From contig NEEC01000016.1 of assembly GCA_002189035.1 (NCBI GenBank), positions 2,232,001-2,296,000 of the forward strand: a DNA stretch of 64,000 nt, read 5' to 3'. The translations under genes were made by a program, and so were the position numbers. The stretch is from Utricularia gibba. Its lineage: Eukaryota > Plantae > Magnoliophyta. The notes beneath the pieces were generated by a model that saw only the letters and a list, made by a program, of their open reading frames with translations, searched no databases and was not told where the DNA came from. Below, piece after piece: positions 36,660-50,199 of this stretch (within the stretch, counting starts at the first letter, position 1; the number at the start of each line of letters is the position of its first letter).

Positions 36660-37752
36660 TTGCTAAATGTTGCGATCTATCACATTTAACGTAGTATGGT
36701 AAGCAAGGGTCAAATCCATAGGAAATGGTTGCAATTTCCTGAAGTTCTTTACATTTACTAAAAACAGGAGGTTTTTCTGGGAGTTTGGCTCTCATGCACG
36801 TAGGACATAAAATAACATCAATTCAAATGAACAAGTTGCAAGGGTGAAGAAGCATAGAAAATAACAGGGATTCGTAGAGAATATAAAGTAAAGATATCTT
36901 GGATGAATTTTACACTAGGGTCTAACTCTTGTGTCACTCAAGAGAACCCATAAGCTTAAACCTAGTTTTGACACGCTTAAAAATAGGGAAAAGGGTCGCA
37001 GGAACAGTAAATAACACGTTAAACGTTAACCGAAACACAAAGAGCTTAAACAAGAACACATTCATAAGCTAATATAGAGTTCACAAGAGGGTTCTTGTTC
37101 GTAACAAGGCATCAGAAAATGTAATAGAAAGCATTAAACACAAATAGTAACAATAACAAGTTCAACAACAGGAATGGAAGGGTAGAAAATAGAAATAAAA
37201 TGTCCAATGGTTGCTCTCGGTCGTAGATTTGTTGAAAATGAAAGTTCTGGATGGAAATGTGGCAAAGAAATGTAGATCTGAAGGTCGTCCGAGTCATTCG
37301 TCGGAGAAACATAGTTCTCCTCGCTCAAACTCCTCTATTGTTCACTATCTCTCTTTCTCTTCTTCCTCTTTCCTTTTCCCGCTCAAAACAAGGGTATCTC
37401 CATCTTTTCTATGGGCTTCTAGAAGGATGATCTCTACTTCATATCTTATCTTTTCAGAAGGCAGCTACTTTCGGTGAAAAGTGGCTTTTTCTCTTCTTTT
37501 CTACTTCTTTTGACATGTCAACGTGGAAAATGCATTGTTACAGTGCTAGCTCTTACCCTATTAAGACTTAAACACAGACTAAAGGAAAAATATGAGTTTT
37601 TCAACTCAATTTTTGTCAATTGAGCCTACACAATGAACACATATCAACAAACTAAATACACAGAAGGAGACGATTTAGCACACTAAACAACATTTATCCC
37701 TACAAATGACACCTAAAACACATATAAAAACACAATAAGAATAGTGTTATCA
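36660..37752 (-). mobile_element. Athila-like LTR family B, 3' LTR of a minus-strand element whose internal region continues to the right (left boundary approximate)
   Basis: Minus-strand start TGATAACAC at 37752, preceded by CTTGAGGACAAGTCTAG. Long colinear similarity to 46144-47326. Confidence 0.8.
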
Positions 37753-39849
37753 TACTATCCTACAACAACACTAGACTTGTCCTCAAGTCTAAAACAGAAA
37801 AAAGAACAAAGACTGCCTAAAACTGAGTTTGATGAGGCAAAGAAAAGGTCTCCGATCATGCCATCCATGTAATGAGTGAAGATAAGATATAGCAAGTGCG
37901 GGTTAGAAAAATTTCACTCAAGTACAAATAATAGAGGTTACTTGCATGCTTCAAGTGTTCAAAAATCACTTATGCGCTAGTCTCTTGGAGATCAGCACTA
38001 GGTTCTACGGGTAGTAGGGCCCTCGTTATAGAGGTTTCATATGCACAGGGTCGCTATGGGTAGAGCTATGCCAGGCATGGCAAGCATGCTAGGCATGTGG
38101 CCGTGGCTCGTGGGTTTGTGTAGAGCACATAGAGGTTAAGAGCATCCATGGGAATGCAACACACGCGCTGCGGGAGGTGTGGCATGCATGGCAAGATGAG
38201 TTGCACGGGGTGCATAGAGGTTGATGTGGTGTGCGAGTGAGAGTAGGGTAGGTGGAGACGAGGTGTCAAGTGAGAGCTTGGCGGTTGAGAGGTACTTGGG
38301 CATTGGACGGCCAAGAGGAGGCTTCATTTACCATGGGAGTCGGATGGAGGTTGAGTCAAGGAACGGTTGGGTAATGAGAGTGGGTTCCATGATTGGGAGT
38401 CTACTAGAGTGTGCTGGAATTTGTGGCAGAATTGTCGAGATTGATGCCTTACCTTCTCTACAAGGTGAAGGTGTGGGATGGCATTGATGACCTAGGGAAT
38501 AATGATGAGTGATGGGTGGCAACGTAGCGTATGGGTTAAGATGGCAGGGGTGCCTTGAGTATGAGTTCGAGGATGAGGCCTACCCATCTTTTGCGTTTCA
38601 GTCTAGTGTGAACTGGCCTATAAGCCTTTTTGTAGACTTCTTTTTACTTAGGCTATGAGCAGTACAACGTTGAATAGTTTAGAGGTTATGTCTTTGATAA
38701 ACGAAAAAGTTTGCAATGTCATTAAGATTGCAAATTCTTCCATCAAATAAATTTATAAACTTAATTCACATCCAATCATACAACAAATATGAGCATAGTA
38801 GACTAAGGTCGAACACAATGAGCTATGTGCTTGGTTTGTGAAGGTTGATGCAGGCTGTTTTTGTCACATTTGAAAGATTTAGTTGAAGTTAGGAATAATG
38901 CAAGTCTCTGATAATAGACAGTAAAGAAATAGCAGAAAAATGTGACTACTAACTAGAATAAGCTAATTTAATGTCTGGAGGCTTTTGAGAGTGACATGAT
39001 AATTGATACACTTAACCATCCAACTTAATGATCATTCATCTAACAATACAAGGATTCAAGTCTACCCAAACCCTTGATTTTTGTAACTTTTGGCCTACCT
39101 CTAGTTTGGTTGTTTATGATGAACATAACCACTTCCCCCTCATGGGTATAGCCTGATTTCATAAGGAAATGGCATGGTTATCGAGCTAGTGTAGTCTAAC
39201 AAACAATAATCATGTATACTTTCTTCTAGCCTAAGGAATTACATGTATTTAGCCACTCATGTTGAAGGTAAATAAAACTAGAACATAAAACATCATCTGC
39301 ATCGTATCCATATCACAGTTTGATAACTAAGAAACAAACAAGAACCAAATGTAAAAAGTTGAAGCAGAAAGCTAAAGAAAATGTCACAAGGTATTCCTAA
39401 CTGGGCATAATGTTCTTGAGAAACAAAAGGCAATTTTCATATGTAAGCTTCGTTCTTGGGTCGTCTTCTTCATTCTTCCTCCTAAGGGCACGTTTGGTCA
39501 CAGGTCTGAATTAATAGGGGTTAGAATTACTAAGTTTTAGAATTGAGTTTAAATTTATCTCAATTTAGATAAAAACGCATTTGGTAGTAGTGTTTACTTA
39601 AACCCTGATTTATAGTGTGATTTGTTTTTCATTTACCCCCCAAATAACTTTTAACCTTGGTTTATAGTGTAATTATATCAAAAAGATCTTTTACCTATTT
39701 CACCCCCCCCCCCCCAATAACTAATTTGCCTCCTTTTTTTCATTTACCGCTCTTATACCTATTATATCAAAAAACTCTTTTTTCCACACTATGGTCTTCG
39801 AATTTCGAATCTCTTGCAGGTTTTCACATCTTGATACAGATTCTTCTTG

Positions 39850-40390
39850 AAAATCATGGATAAAAGGTTGGAACATTGAGATATAATCCATTCCCACTTT
39901 ACCCTGATTGGGAAGATATTTTTATATGAGATAGGGCGATTGGTGAATTCAGAGTAGGTTGTGGAGAATTTGTGGATGAAATTCTAGAACAGGTTGATGA
40001 AAGCGTTCGTCTTAGTCCTGAACTAGATGAGTCTCTACCAATAGAGGTGCCATTTGAAGGATTTACTGATGATGTCTTTCCAAGCATGTTTGATTCAATG
40101 ACCAAGCTACCAATCATGCGGAAAAATGTGGCTTCAAGTGATGTTGATATGGCAGCTCACATGGAAAAGTTAATGGACAACACGAATGATGCTATTGATC
40201 ATCTTGGCTATAGACTTGGTCATGGTACATTGGCAATGGAGAGAAATGATCAGGTTGTTGATCTTATATTTTCCTTACCATTTTCAGGCTTAATTATGCA
40301 GATTTGATTAGAGCTGGAGAAATAATTATGACTAATCCACCCAAGATGCATTTGTTTTTTAGGGCAAATGAAAGGGTACATTTGGTAATG
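39850..40390 (+). pseudogene. PIF ORF1 (Myb/SANT-like) C-terminal remnant
   Basis: LRYNPFPLYPDWEDIFI*DRAIGE matches the ORF1 motif (KxFPxY...IFGKDRATG). It is followed by an acidic stretch and AIDHLGYRLG...KMHLFF. Confidence 0.65.
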
Positions 40391-40906
40391 ATAAGGGACA
40401 TTGCAATGTCTCAATGAAGTAGTTCATGATGATTTGAATTTTGAATTATGCCTCCTTTGAGAAGTTCAAAATTGCATTGTATTCATGTTCCCTTGTTTAT
40501 GCAGAAACCATTTAATTGCAGAGAACATTTTAAATCATGAGCTTTGTTATGCCATGGTATGGTTATAGCTCGAAAGTTTCTGCCGAAAATTTTGTATATG
40601 GAGTTTCTACCCCATTAGAGATGTCGATTGAATTTAATGGAGCCTCTGGTTCAAAGCAATTTATGTAGCTTTTGTTGATACTAAGATCAAGAATGCTAAA
40701 AGTAGAAACCATTTGGCCTGCTGCATCAACAGGCTACTACCATGTCACTTGCTTTAACTTGGAAGCTTCGTAGTTATTGTCATTGAACTTTTTCACTCTC
40801 CTTCTCTAGCTTCCTGTGAAACCACCTCAAACTATTTACATAAAGATAGGGGCAGACAATTGATTAAAGCACATGGAATAAATGAATGAAATTCACATGT
40901 AGTAGT

Positions 40907-42284
40907 TGTTAGTGTATGTGTTCTAGAGACAATCAATTCATTGGCAAATTTTATCCTTTGATGTTTACCTTGAATTGTGATCAAGTTTACATCATTGATA
41001 AAATCCTCTACTTGATCTATGTGCTATAGAAATTATGATGAGATCATAATGTGAGATTCTTCAAGCATTTATGTTCAAGTTAAAAACTCCCTAGCTAGAG
41101 TGTTTGTGAAATGAGGATATCACAAATACGGATAAGCTGGCGCACATTGAGTTACCTAAACTGTTTAGGAAATAGTTCTCACAATTGATGTAATGAGATT
41201 ACTAGAACCTATGTGTGGGTGTCGATTAGAGAATCGATTCACTGGATGACTATCTTCGAGATGCTACTATGGGAAGCTAACCAAGTGTCAGTAGCAAGAT
41301 CTCGAATATGACAGCCGTGCAAGTAAGCTTAGACTTGAGGTTAACGAAGTTATCTTGATTTTAAGCTCACATTTTCGCTCATTACTAATGGGAGCCTAAC
41401 CATGGCTTGCCTAGTATGAATGAGTAGAGATGTGACTCCTTAAAATTGGAGATAGTTGATTGATCAATAAAGGATTCATCACTCATGTTAGCGATAAGAT
41501 CATATCTCAAGTAATTGCATCAAAGCCTAACAATAAGTCTTGGGCCCAGGGTAATGACACTCGAATTGTTTGAGTAGGTTATTAAGTGTTAGTGCTTGAA
41601 TGCAATTATAAGTTCGATACATCAGAAAGACACACACCATGTTCTGGTATCGAATGAGATATAAGTATGATGAAAGTTGTTCATTGCATGGTGGCTGGTC
41701 ATGGAAAGGCTCAATCAGTTCACCTGATTATTCTTTAATCTTGGGGATCATGATATGTTGCTAGACATCACTCATGATCGATAATAATGGATTTGATTAA
41801 TTAAGAGTTAATTAATAAATCCATTATTACGGCCTTGATTGAGGAAGCCTATAGGGTCACACACAATAGTGGAGTCACTCATCGATATAAAATAGAATGA
41901 TACGATTACATGAGATCTCATATAGATATGATTTGATATGTCACAAAATATCTATAAAAAAAAGATTTAGATCTTGAGATCTACTGCAAGGTCTTCGTGC
42001 TCTCGGAGACTGATCCACAAGGAGGCGTTTTTCTCTACTAGCACCTGAGAAATTCGACCAGCATTCAAGAGCCTTGAGAAGGTTATTGACGGAGTGCTCC
42101 ACATGTGGATAGCATAGAGGTTGTTTGCTATTGGCGGTTGGTGAACAACGGAGTCGTCTGAAAGGTATTTTCAGCATCCCTTTGTCTGATATATACCGTA
42201 TTTCAAGATTTGCGTTGGGGGTTTCTCAAAATTTTTAAAATTTTGCTGCTTTTGAGACATACAATGTCTATGAGAAACCCAACA
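40907..42284 (+). mobile_element. Ty1/copia Angela-like solo LTR inside the PIF element
   Basis: Starts TGTTAGTGTATGTGTTCTAGAGACAAT (compare the BARE-1/Angela start TGTTGG...CCCTAGAGGCAAT) and ends AAACCCAACA. Perfect TSD GTAGT; internal GGGTCACACAC and AAATTTTTAAAATTTT motifs. Confidence 0.8.
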
Positions 42285-43959
42285 GTAGTAGCCCCATTTT
42301 TTATGCTGATTGTCAAATGAGTCATTGCTAAAAACTCATCCCAACTGAGCTTGCTTAGCTCCTGCTTTTCCTCCATGGAGAGTTCAAAATTGGGCTCCCT
42401 ACTGCACATGAATGCAGCCCTGCGAGTCCAAGAAACATGCACACCCTTCTTGTACATAAATCAGTTTTATTAAAATGTAATCATATATGATCATAAAATA
42501 AAAATATTATTATACATTAGGGGTTTGACTCTTAAGAAAGCATCTATTGATAGAAGTATAATAAAAGTGATTTAATTTATTTGAGTTTAAATAAATGTAG
42601 TATAAAAATATTCAATTTTTATATAGCATTTGATTATTAGTATTAGAATTATATTTTGTGTATAACGTAAATGGTATTTGTTATGCAAATAAGATAATGA
42701 ACATTTTTAGTGTATTTTATGAAGTAATGTATTTCTTTTAAATGTATATAGATGATAATCATTTTAAAAATAAATTTATGCGGATGCATATTTTATGAGA
42801 TAATGATCTTCATCATGGTGTTAATCATCACCCCAATCATCCCAAGCTGTATCCCTCCAAAATGACTGGAAATGAGATCTCTTTTCCTATAACTTCGATC
42901 ATAGCACCTAATCGTGCCTTTTCTGTTAATTTCTTGGAATAATTAGCGGTTAAGGCACTGAATGCAATTCATTAAATCAAGAAGACCACGTAAAGCAAGT
43001 ATGTATCCATTCAAAATAAAGGTTCATTAGAAAACAAGAATAAGCAATAACATTTGACATATCATGAGTCCATTAACTATGTGACCATTTATGTGCATGG
43101 TTGCACCCCTTAATCTCAGTAACTTTAGTTTGGCAACCTTAGAGGCCAAGATCAAGAAGTTCTTTTTGGCTTTGGCCCTCATGAAATCAGTAAAGGGGTG
43201 CCACCCCCTTTACCAACTCCTCACGATTGAAGCTCCTTTTCCCTTTTTCTATTCCTCAACCTCATACCCTTTGGTGGCTAAAACTCCATAAAGAGTTGCC
43301 TCAAACATGCTTGACATATAGGAGTGTGCGACCACAGCTCCCCATAAGTTTTCTACTTCAAAATAATGCACCTCAATCTCATAAACATCACGATACATAT
43401 GAAAACCATGTCATATTTCATGAATTTTTCCTAATTTAAAATTACTAAATAAAAATCATTTTAGAACACATAGAAGCACAAATTTACACATATACAAAGG
43501 AACATAAATTTAGAACTCATCATCCCGCTTACCTTTTTCGAAACCAGCTCCTTCCAAAGCCAAACTCTTCGTAAACGCCTACGCTATAAGCTGAGAAATC
43601 TCGTGATTTTGAAACCACTACACAGCTCTCATCAAACCAAAATTCACAATGATGCAAATTGTTTTTATGATATCTCTATAAGCAGATCCCCCACATTTTT
43701 CTCTTTTCAAAAATGTTTTTCCTTTCATCTATGTTCCTTTTATTATGTTAGTCATGCTTATCTATAATTTCTCTAATTGAGATACACGTCACCACAATCA
43801 AAACACATGGAATTTTCTTAATCTACATGTCAACACCATATTAAAACGCATGGCACTCTCTAATTGGCTATGGTACATGTTTTACCTGTGTTGTCGCAAG
43901 CTAATTAAAACACATGGTGCTTTCTGATTGATCATGATTGCATGTATGATCTTTTTCTA

Positions 43960-45351
43960 TTCCACATTTTCTTTTCCTCCTATTCCAATTCTAGTTTTGA
44001 AATATCACATCTTGAGCAAGATTACTCCAATTTGTCCATTCTTGGTTTATCTCTACACCATCTACAAATTCATCTTACAAAACATCATTGCCATCACTAT
44101 CCTCTAAAGGATCAACATCTATCCGTAACCGAATCAAATTATGAAGTAATGTAAAAGCAATGATAATTAATGCTTGCATCTTTAAACAATAGAATGAGGG
44201 ACTTCATAAGATTGCCCATCATCCTTTTAATAAACCAAAAGCTCTTTCAATAATATTTATCGCATATGATGCATATTAAATAATTCTCTAGGATTTTGTA
44301 GAGCTTGTGTACCGGAACCCCATTCCTTCAAGTGGTATCGAACTCCTCTATATGGACTCAAAAATCCAGCACAATGTGTATAACTATTGTCATATAAATA
44401 GTATTCACCTAATATTCCAAAAAAAAATGTCAATACATATATCCTAGATGCATTTAATGTATCTAATATAATAAAGCAACAATGATTACAGAAAAAGAAT
44501 GGCATATCTAAATACAAAAGAATATCAAAACTTGGAGTTACTGACCAATGCGGACAAAGAGACGAGTTGGTCTTGAAAATGCATTTCATAATACACGGCC
44601 ATCCACATCCGAACCCTCTCATCCAGCGAGCATGTAAATAAAGTTCATGTTTTTGTCACAAACACTCAAAACATTTGTAGAAATTTTTCCCTTGTGAGAC
44701 CTAAATCGTGCTTTTAGAGATTCTTTAACACGTATATCGACATAAGTCCCATCCAATGCACCTAAACAATTCTAGAAAAACAAGAAAGTTATCAATCTCA
44801 TACATATAGATATTCAAGTACAAGTAGTAGTACCTCAAAGTATTTGAATCTTGGAGTAGCATTTTCTTCATGTATTGGCATTGGTTTAAAAAGAAACTTA
44901 TCTTGAATCATGATTACAATAGATAGAACCTCATCGAAGCACTTTGAATATTATATGCTGACCTTTCTTAGTCCCTCTTATGAATACGCATTTTTGTATG
45001 ATGAGCCAAAATTCCCAAAAAAATGGCAACATTTTCTTTTACTTGTACATATCTTGAGTTCTGCAATCCATGTTGCTCAAGTAGAAAACATAGCCTCCCG
45101 AATGTGTCTTAGTTCATTCTCAAAGTCTCAAAGTCAGTGCTATTCAAATCTGATACAAATCTATTGAGTCTATCTATCTATCAAGGTATTTTTTCAAGAT
45201 AAGAATATTTTGTTTGAATCAACATTGATCCATTATTATCCTCTGTCTTGCTAAGATATCTTAGTGTTGCATATCTCATGAACAAGAGATTACACAACAA
45301 TATTTTAACCCCAATCAATGCAACAATTTCATTCACAAAATCATCATCCAT
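43960..45351 (-). pseudogene. PIF/Harbinger DDE transposase, disrupted by stops and frameshifts
   Basis: NCLGALDGTYVDI...KGKISTNVLSVCDKNMNFIYMLAG*EGS.VDGRVL; YYLYDNSY...FLSPYRGVRYHLKEW...ELFN; RWAIL...LLHNLIR. Confidence 0.88.
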
Positions 45352-46143
45352 TTGCAGAATCTACAGAGAAAAAATATTAAAGTATCATTAAAATCATTCA
45401 TCTACTAAGAGTCAGAAGATCCTAAAAAAATTCATGCTTTAAAAATCATGGAAGAAAAATTGTACAACTATAAGACCATACAAGGAGCAAAAATGAACCC
45501 AATATGAAGAAACCTATTCATATCATTCAGAAAATCAGAAATTACCCGAAAAGAACCTTTGATAGAGACCCAAAGAAAGAAAATCGAGGAATTGAGGAAA
45601 ACTTCAAATGAAATGCAGTAAAATTTACATCAAAGAAATCCTCAAATCTTGTGGTGTTAAATTCGCAATGGTGGTAGGAAAAGGATTCTGAAAAAATCCA
45701 GTCAAGGGAGATGCAGGAATGAACAAGAAGAAAAGATGTGTACATAAAATATGACCAAATTGGTGGAGAAAGGATGTAGAATGAATTAGAGCTAGAGGGT
45801 TAAATTAGAGAAGTTGCAAAAAATCAAAGGGTAAAAATTCACTAAAAAAGAGATAACATCTAGTTTATTTTAAACATACAAGGGGGGTGGGTTGAATTTT
45901 AATCCATGAAGCTTAGAAAAATGGTGTTTAGTTTAAATCTGGATTGAAATTGATCCCCTCTACCAAGCACGAAACAAATTTAGTAAAACTAGCTTAAACA
46001 CCCCTACCAAACACGCTCTAAGTTCTAAGTTCATCCTAGATCTCCCCCAGGAGTCTGTGGCATGTTGTTCAATGTCATGGAGTAATTTTCTATTTCTAAT
46101 CATTCCAAAAATCCTCTTTTTCTTCACCTTGGGAGTTGGTGTA

Positions 46144-47326
46144 TGATGAACGTTAGAATGGGATGCTAAATGTCACAGTTTAGCACATTCAACGCATCAA
46201 AAGAAATTTATAAACCTAGCTATAGCTATTCTACTACACAAATTATAGGAATTAATGTAGTCTGGTAAGCAAGAATCGAATCCACAGGGAATGGTTGCAA
46301 TTTCTTGAAGTCCTTTACATTTACTGGAAACAGGGGAATTTTCTGAGGGTTTAGCTCTCATGCGTGTAAGACATAAAATGATAGCGGTTGAAATGAACAA
46401 GTTGCAAGGGTGAAGAAGCATAGAAAATAATAGGGATGTGTAGAAAATATAAAGTGAAAGTGTCTTGGTTGGGTTTTATACCAAGGTCTAACTCTTGTGT
46501 CACTCAAGAGAGCTCATAGGCTTAAACCCAATTTTAACATGCTTAAAAACTAGGCAAAGGGTTGCATGAACAGTAAACAACATATTAAACTTAAAATCAA
46601 ACACGAAGGGCTTAAACAAGAATATGTTCATAAGCTAAGATAGAGTTCACAAGAGATTTCTCGTTCACAGCAAAGCATCACAAACGTAACAAAAAGCATA
46701 GAAACGCAGAAAGTAACATTACCAAGTTCAACAACATAAATGGAGTGTAGGAAACAAAAATAAAAGTGTCAGGCTGCTTCTGTGGGCTGTAGATCTATTG
46801 AATCTCAAAGTTATGGGCAGAAACACGGTCTGTAGACGTAGATTTGAGGCTGGCCGAAGGTGTTTGCTGGAGAACCACCGTTCTCCTCTGCTCACGCTCG
46901 TCTACTATTCACTCTCGATCCCCCTCTCTCTCCTACTTCCTCTTTTCTTTTTCCCACTCAAAGTAGAGGTATCTTTGTCTTTTTTATGGGCTTTTAGAAG
47001 GAAGTTCTGTACTCTATATCTTATCTTTTCAGATGCCTGCTTTTGGCGATAAGTGGTTTTTTCTAAGCTTTTCTACTTTTTTTTGACTTGTCAATGCGGA
47101 AAATGTGCTGTCAGTACTAACTCTTACCTTGTTAAGACTTAAATATAGATTAGAGGAAAAATGAGAGTTTTCGGCTCAATTCTTACCAATTGAGTCTATT
47201 TTCACAATAAACACATTTCAGCAAACTAAATACACAAAAGGAGATAATTTAGCACACTAAAAAACATTTAACCTTATTAAACACACTAAAAACACATATA
47301 AAAACACAATAAAAACAATGTTTTTG
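46144..47326 (-). mobile_element. LTR family B copy (probable solo LTR) inside the split LTR A
   Basis: Starts TGATGAACG and is colinear with 36660-37752. It is flanked by GTGTA (extending to TTGGTGTA) direct repeats. The right terminus is degenerate (no CA). Confidence 0.75.
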
Positions 47327-47772
47327 GTGTACTTCATTTAGCTTTTGTCCCTATCTTATGCAACTTCACTATTCTCTTTTAGTTCCTTGAGATTTGAGTT
47401 GTTGACGTATGCTACATTGCTCAGGGGAACGATTAGAACTAAGATTAGGACTAAATCTATGATTTAGTCTCAACTAGGAGTAAAATATGCAAACCATGTT
47501 GCTAATCACAAATACATAAACACACAACAAAATCTGTGTTTTGTACTAGAATACTAATCATTTTCTTATCTTGAAACACTCAAAAGTATGTGCTATCAGT
47601 CTTACCAGAAGTGCAACCCACCCATGCAAGGAATCGGGCAGCCTTAAGTAGGATCCCACATTACAATTAGTATCATCTCTTTGGACTTGTGTCCACTCCT
47701 TTCTTTGGATCCATTATATTTAAGGCTTGATGCACTCTTGTGCAGTGTTATTTTGTTGAGAGCATTATATGG

Positions 47773-50199
47773 CTGTGTTTTCAACCCGACTGGGAATTGG
47801 CCGGGTTGACCTAGGTTACCCACACCCAGAAGATTTCCGAGATGGGTAACCCTAAACTAGACATACCCCACATTTAATTACCTATTTTTCTTTCAATTAC
47901 TTTTCTTCTCTCCTCGTTACATCAAACCCTCATGTCCTATGGGTTCTTGAAGTAGCTAGAGTTTTAGAAAATCACAATTCCTAATACATTCTGTTTCTAT
48001 TCCAAGTTATTACACACACATTTTTTGGGTAAATATTTTTTTGGCTTTCTTCATGTTTAGCTTAATTTTTTTGATCTATTTTTTTGTTTGTATTTGAGAT
48101 TTCCAAAAATGAGTTTCTATTGAATTGTTGAAAAAATATCTTTTGACAGTCATGGGCAGCATTGTTCTTCAATAATCATTTGTGCTTCTTTTTTATACAA
48201 AGAAGGTAGTTTTTGTGAGTTCATTTCATTTTATAAAAGTGTTACAAAATTCTTATTTATGTTTTTGTGAGTTTATTTTCAATCAAGATAGAATGTTTAT
48301 ATTTTTTAAAATATGGTGAATTAATGGTTGCACTTGTGTTGTAGTTAGTTTTTGCAATGTCGGATGAAACAGGCATAGGAAGCAATGCTTCAACTCAATA
48401 ATCGCTTCCATCATGAAATAGCAACAAGTATGATGAAGGTTGGAATTTTGCAGTGATTAAACAAGTGAATGGACGTGAATGTATTTCATGCACATATTGT
48501 GATAAGATTTTTAGAGGAGGTGGGATATATAGATTAAAATTAAATCTTATTGGTATAAAAGGGGAGGTGACACCATGTACTCATGTTCCTCTTGATATGA
48601 GTAATAAAGCGGAAGAACATTGTGATGATATGAAAAGCATGCAGAAAAAGAAAAGGAGAATTGGAATTTTAGATGATTTTGTTGATTTTCTTGATGTGGA
48701 TATTATAACTAATGATGCACCAAGATTACAGAGTGAGGACAGTGTTGTAAAAGAAAAGATAACTGTAAAAAAATGTTCAACCATCCTTAAAAAAATTTTG
48801 GATTGGAAAGGATGCAGTAGCAATAGCATATATAAAGATTGTTAATTTCTTCTATGATACTTATCCCAACTCATTGTTGTAAGTCTCATTGTTTTCTAAG
48901 CATGCCGATAGTTGTATCAAAGTTAGGCAATGCATTCAAGTCTCCATCATATCATGAGCTACGTGTGACTTTATTGAGAAAAGTGAAACAAGAGTTACAT
49001 AATTGGATTGATAGTATTAGAAGCTCGTGGAAGGAAACTGGTTGTGGTATAATGACTGATGGTTGGATAAACACAATCTATCAATCTTTGATTAATTTTT
49101 TCGTTTATAGTCCGAATGGGATGATCTTTTGTACGTTAGTGGATGCTTATGACCAAGATAAAAATTCTGAAACATTGTTTGACATATTTAAAAAGATCAT
49201 TGAATGGATGGGACCTAAAAATATTGTGCATATTGTTACTGATAATGCTTCTAACTACAAAGCTGTAGGAGTACTCATTTAAGATCATTTTCCGTCTATA
49301 AATTGATTTCCATGTGGTGCACATTGTGTTAATTGATGTTTAAAGATATTGAAAAGTTTCCAAGCATTCAAAAACTTGTCCAAAGAGCTGCTACAGCATC
49401 GAGATTTGTGCATAACCATAGACATTGGCTTGCATGGTTAAGAAAAAGGGAATGATGGAGAGAAATTGTTAGACCAGCTGAAACAAGGTTTGCAACAAAT
49501 TTTATTGCACTTCATAGTTTAATTCTTCAGTGAAAGGAAGATCTTCAATTGTTAACTTTATATCGAGAATTCAGTTTATGTAGATGTATTGTTGTACAAG
49601 AGCATTATGATCCCATTGATATTGATAAAATTATAGAAATTAATACATGGTTTTGGAAAATGAGGAAGACCCATTTTTGGATGTTGAAGATATTGAAAAA
49701 ACATTATATGAAGAAATAGAAATTCCAACAGTAGAGTAAAAAAGTATTGAACATGAAGATGAAGGTTTGTTTACATATTTTGTAATTATGTTCTTAGAAT
49801 GCTAGTAGTGAAATTTCTTCATCATATAGGTTTGCTGAATACGGAAAGTGTTGAAGTGGGAGAAGAGTTGAATTTTAACGTTATTGAATTAATATTTGAA
49901 GATATTCAAAACATGACACTTGAGAAATATGATGAGTGTGATTATCAATGACAAATATCTTTATAGTTGTGATTGATAATTTTTTGTTATTGTGATTTGT
50001 ATGAAATGTTTCGACTCTTTGTTATTTTTATTTAAATTAGAAAACCATGTGATGTTTAAGAATTATTCTTGTTAGACATAGACATATTCACTCATTACTA
50101 TTTGTCATTGTGTTTGACCAAGTTTGACTGGGTTGACCAGGGTGAACCCGAACACACAAGATTTTCTGGTGATCAAAAAATTGCGAGTTGAAAACATAG
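47773..50199 (+). mobile_element. Internally deleted hAT element (BED finger plus DUF659-type transposase remnant)
   Basis: TIRs CT(G/A)TGTTTTCAAC at 47773-47785 and 50187-50199; 8-bp TSD TTATATGG/TTATACGG. Coding remnants CTYCDKIFRGGGIYRLK..L.G.KGEVTPC and WKETGCGIMTDGW...IVHIVTDNASNY. Confidence 0.9.

Larger units (their letters stand above)
39486..46018. mobile_element. PIF/Harbinger DNA transposon with TAA TSD, ORF1 remnant (+) and transposase (-)
   Basis: Imperfect TIRs GGGCACGTTTGGT / reverse complement GAGCGTGTTTGGT, with TAA on both sides (39483-39485 and 46019-46021). Confidence 0.85.
38695..47598 (-). mobile_element. Solo LTR family A, split into three pieces (38695-39485, 46022-46143, 47332-47598) by nested insertions
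   Basis: TGATAAACG...GCTATCA termini with a perfect TSD GTCTT (38690-38694 and 47599-47603). The pieces total ~1.18 kb and align with 1-1097. Confidence 0.85.

Noticed and set aside
38066-38522. His/Pro/Cys-rich ORFs in the family B internal region
   Set aside because: Low-complexity translations of a purine-skewed retroelement segment, with no identifiable domain.
36660-47326. The two family B LTRs as the paired LTRs of one full-length element
   Set aside because: The right copy has no adjacent PBS, sits inside a different solo LTR and has its own flanking direct repeat. No gag-pol lies between the two.
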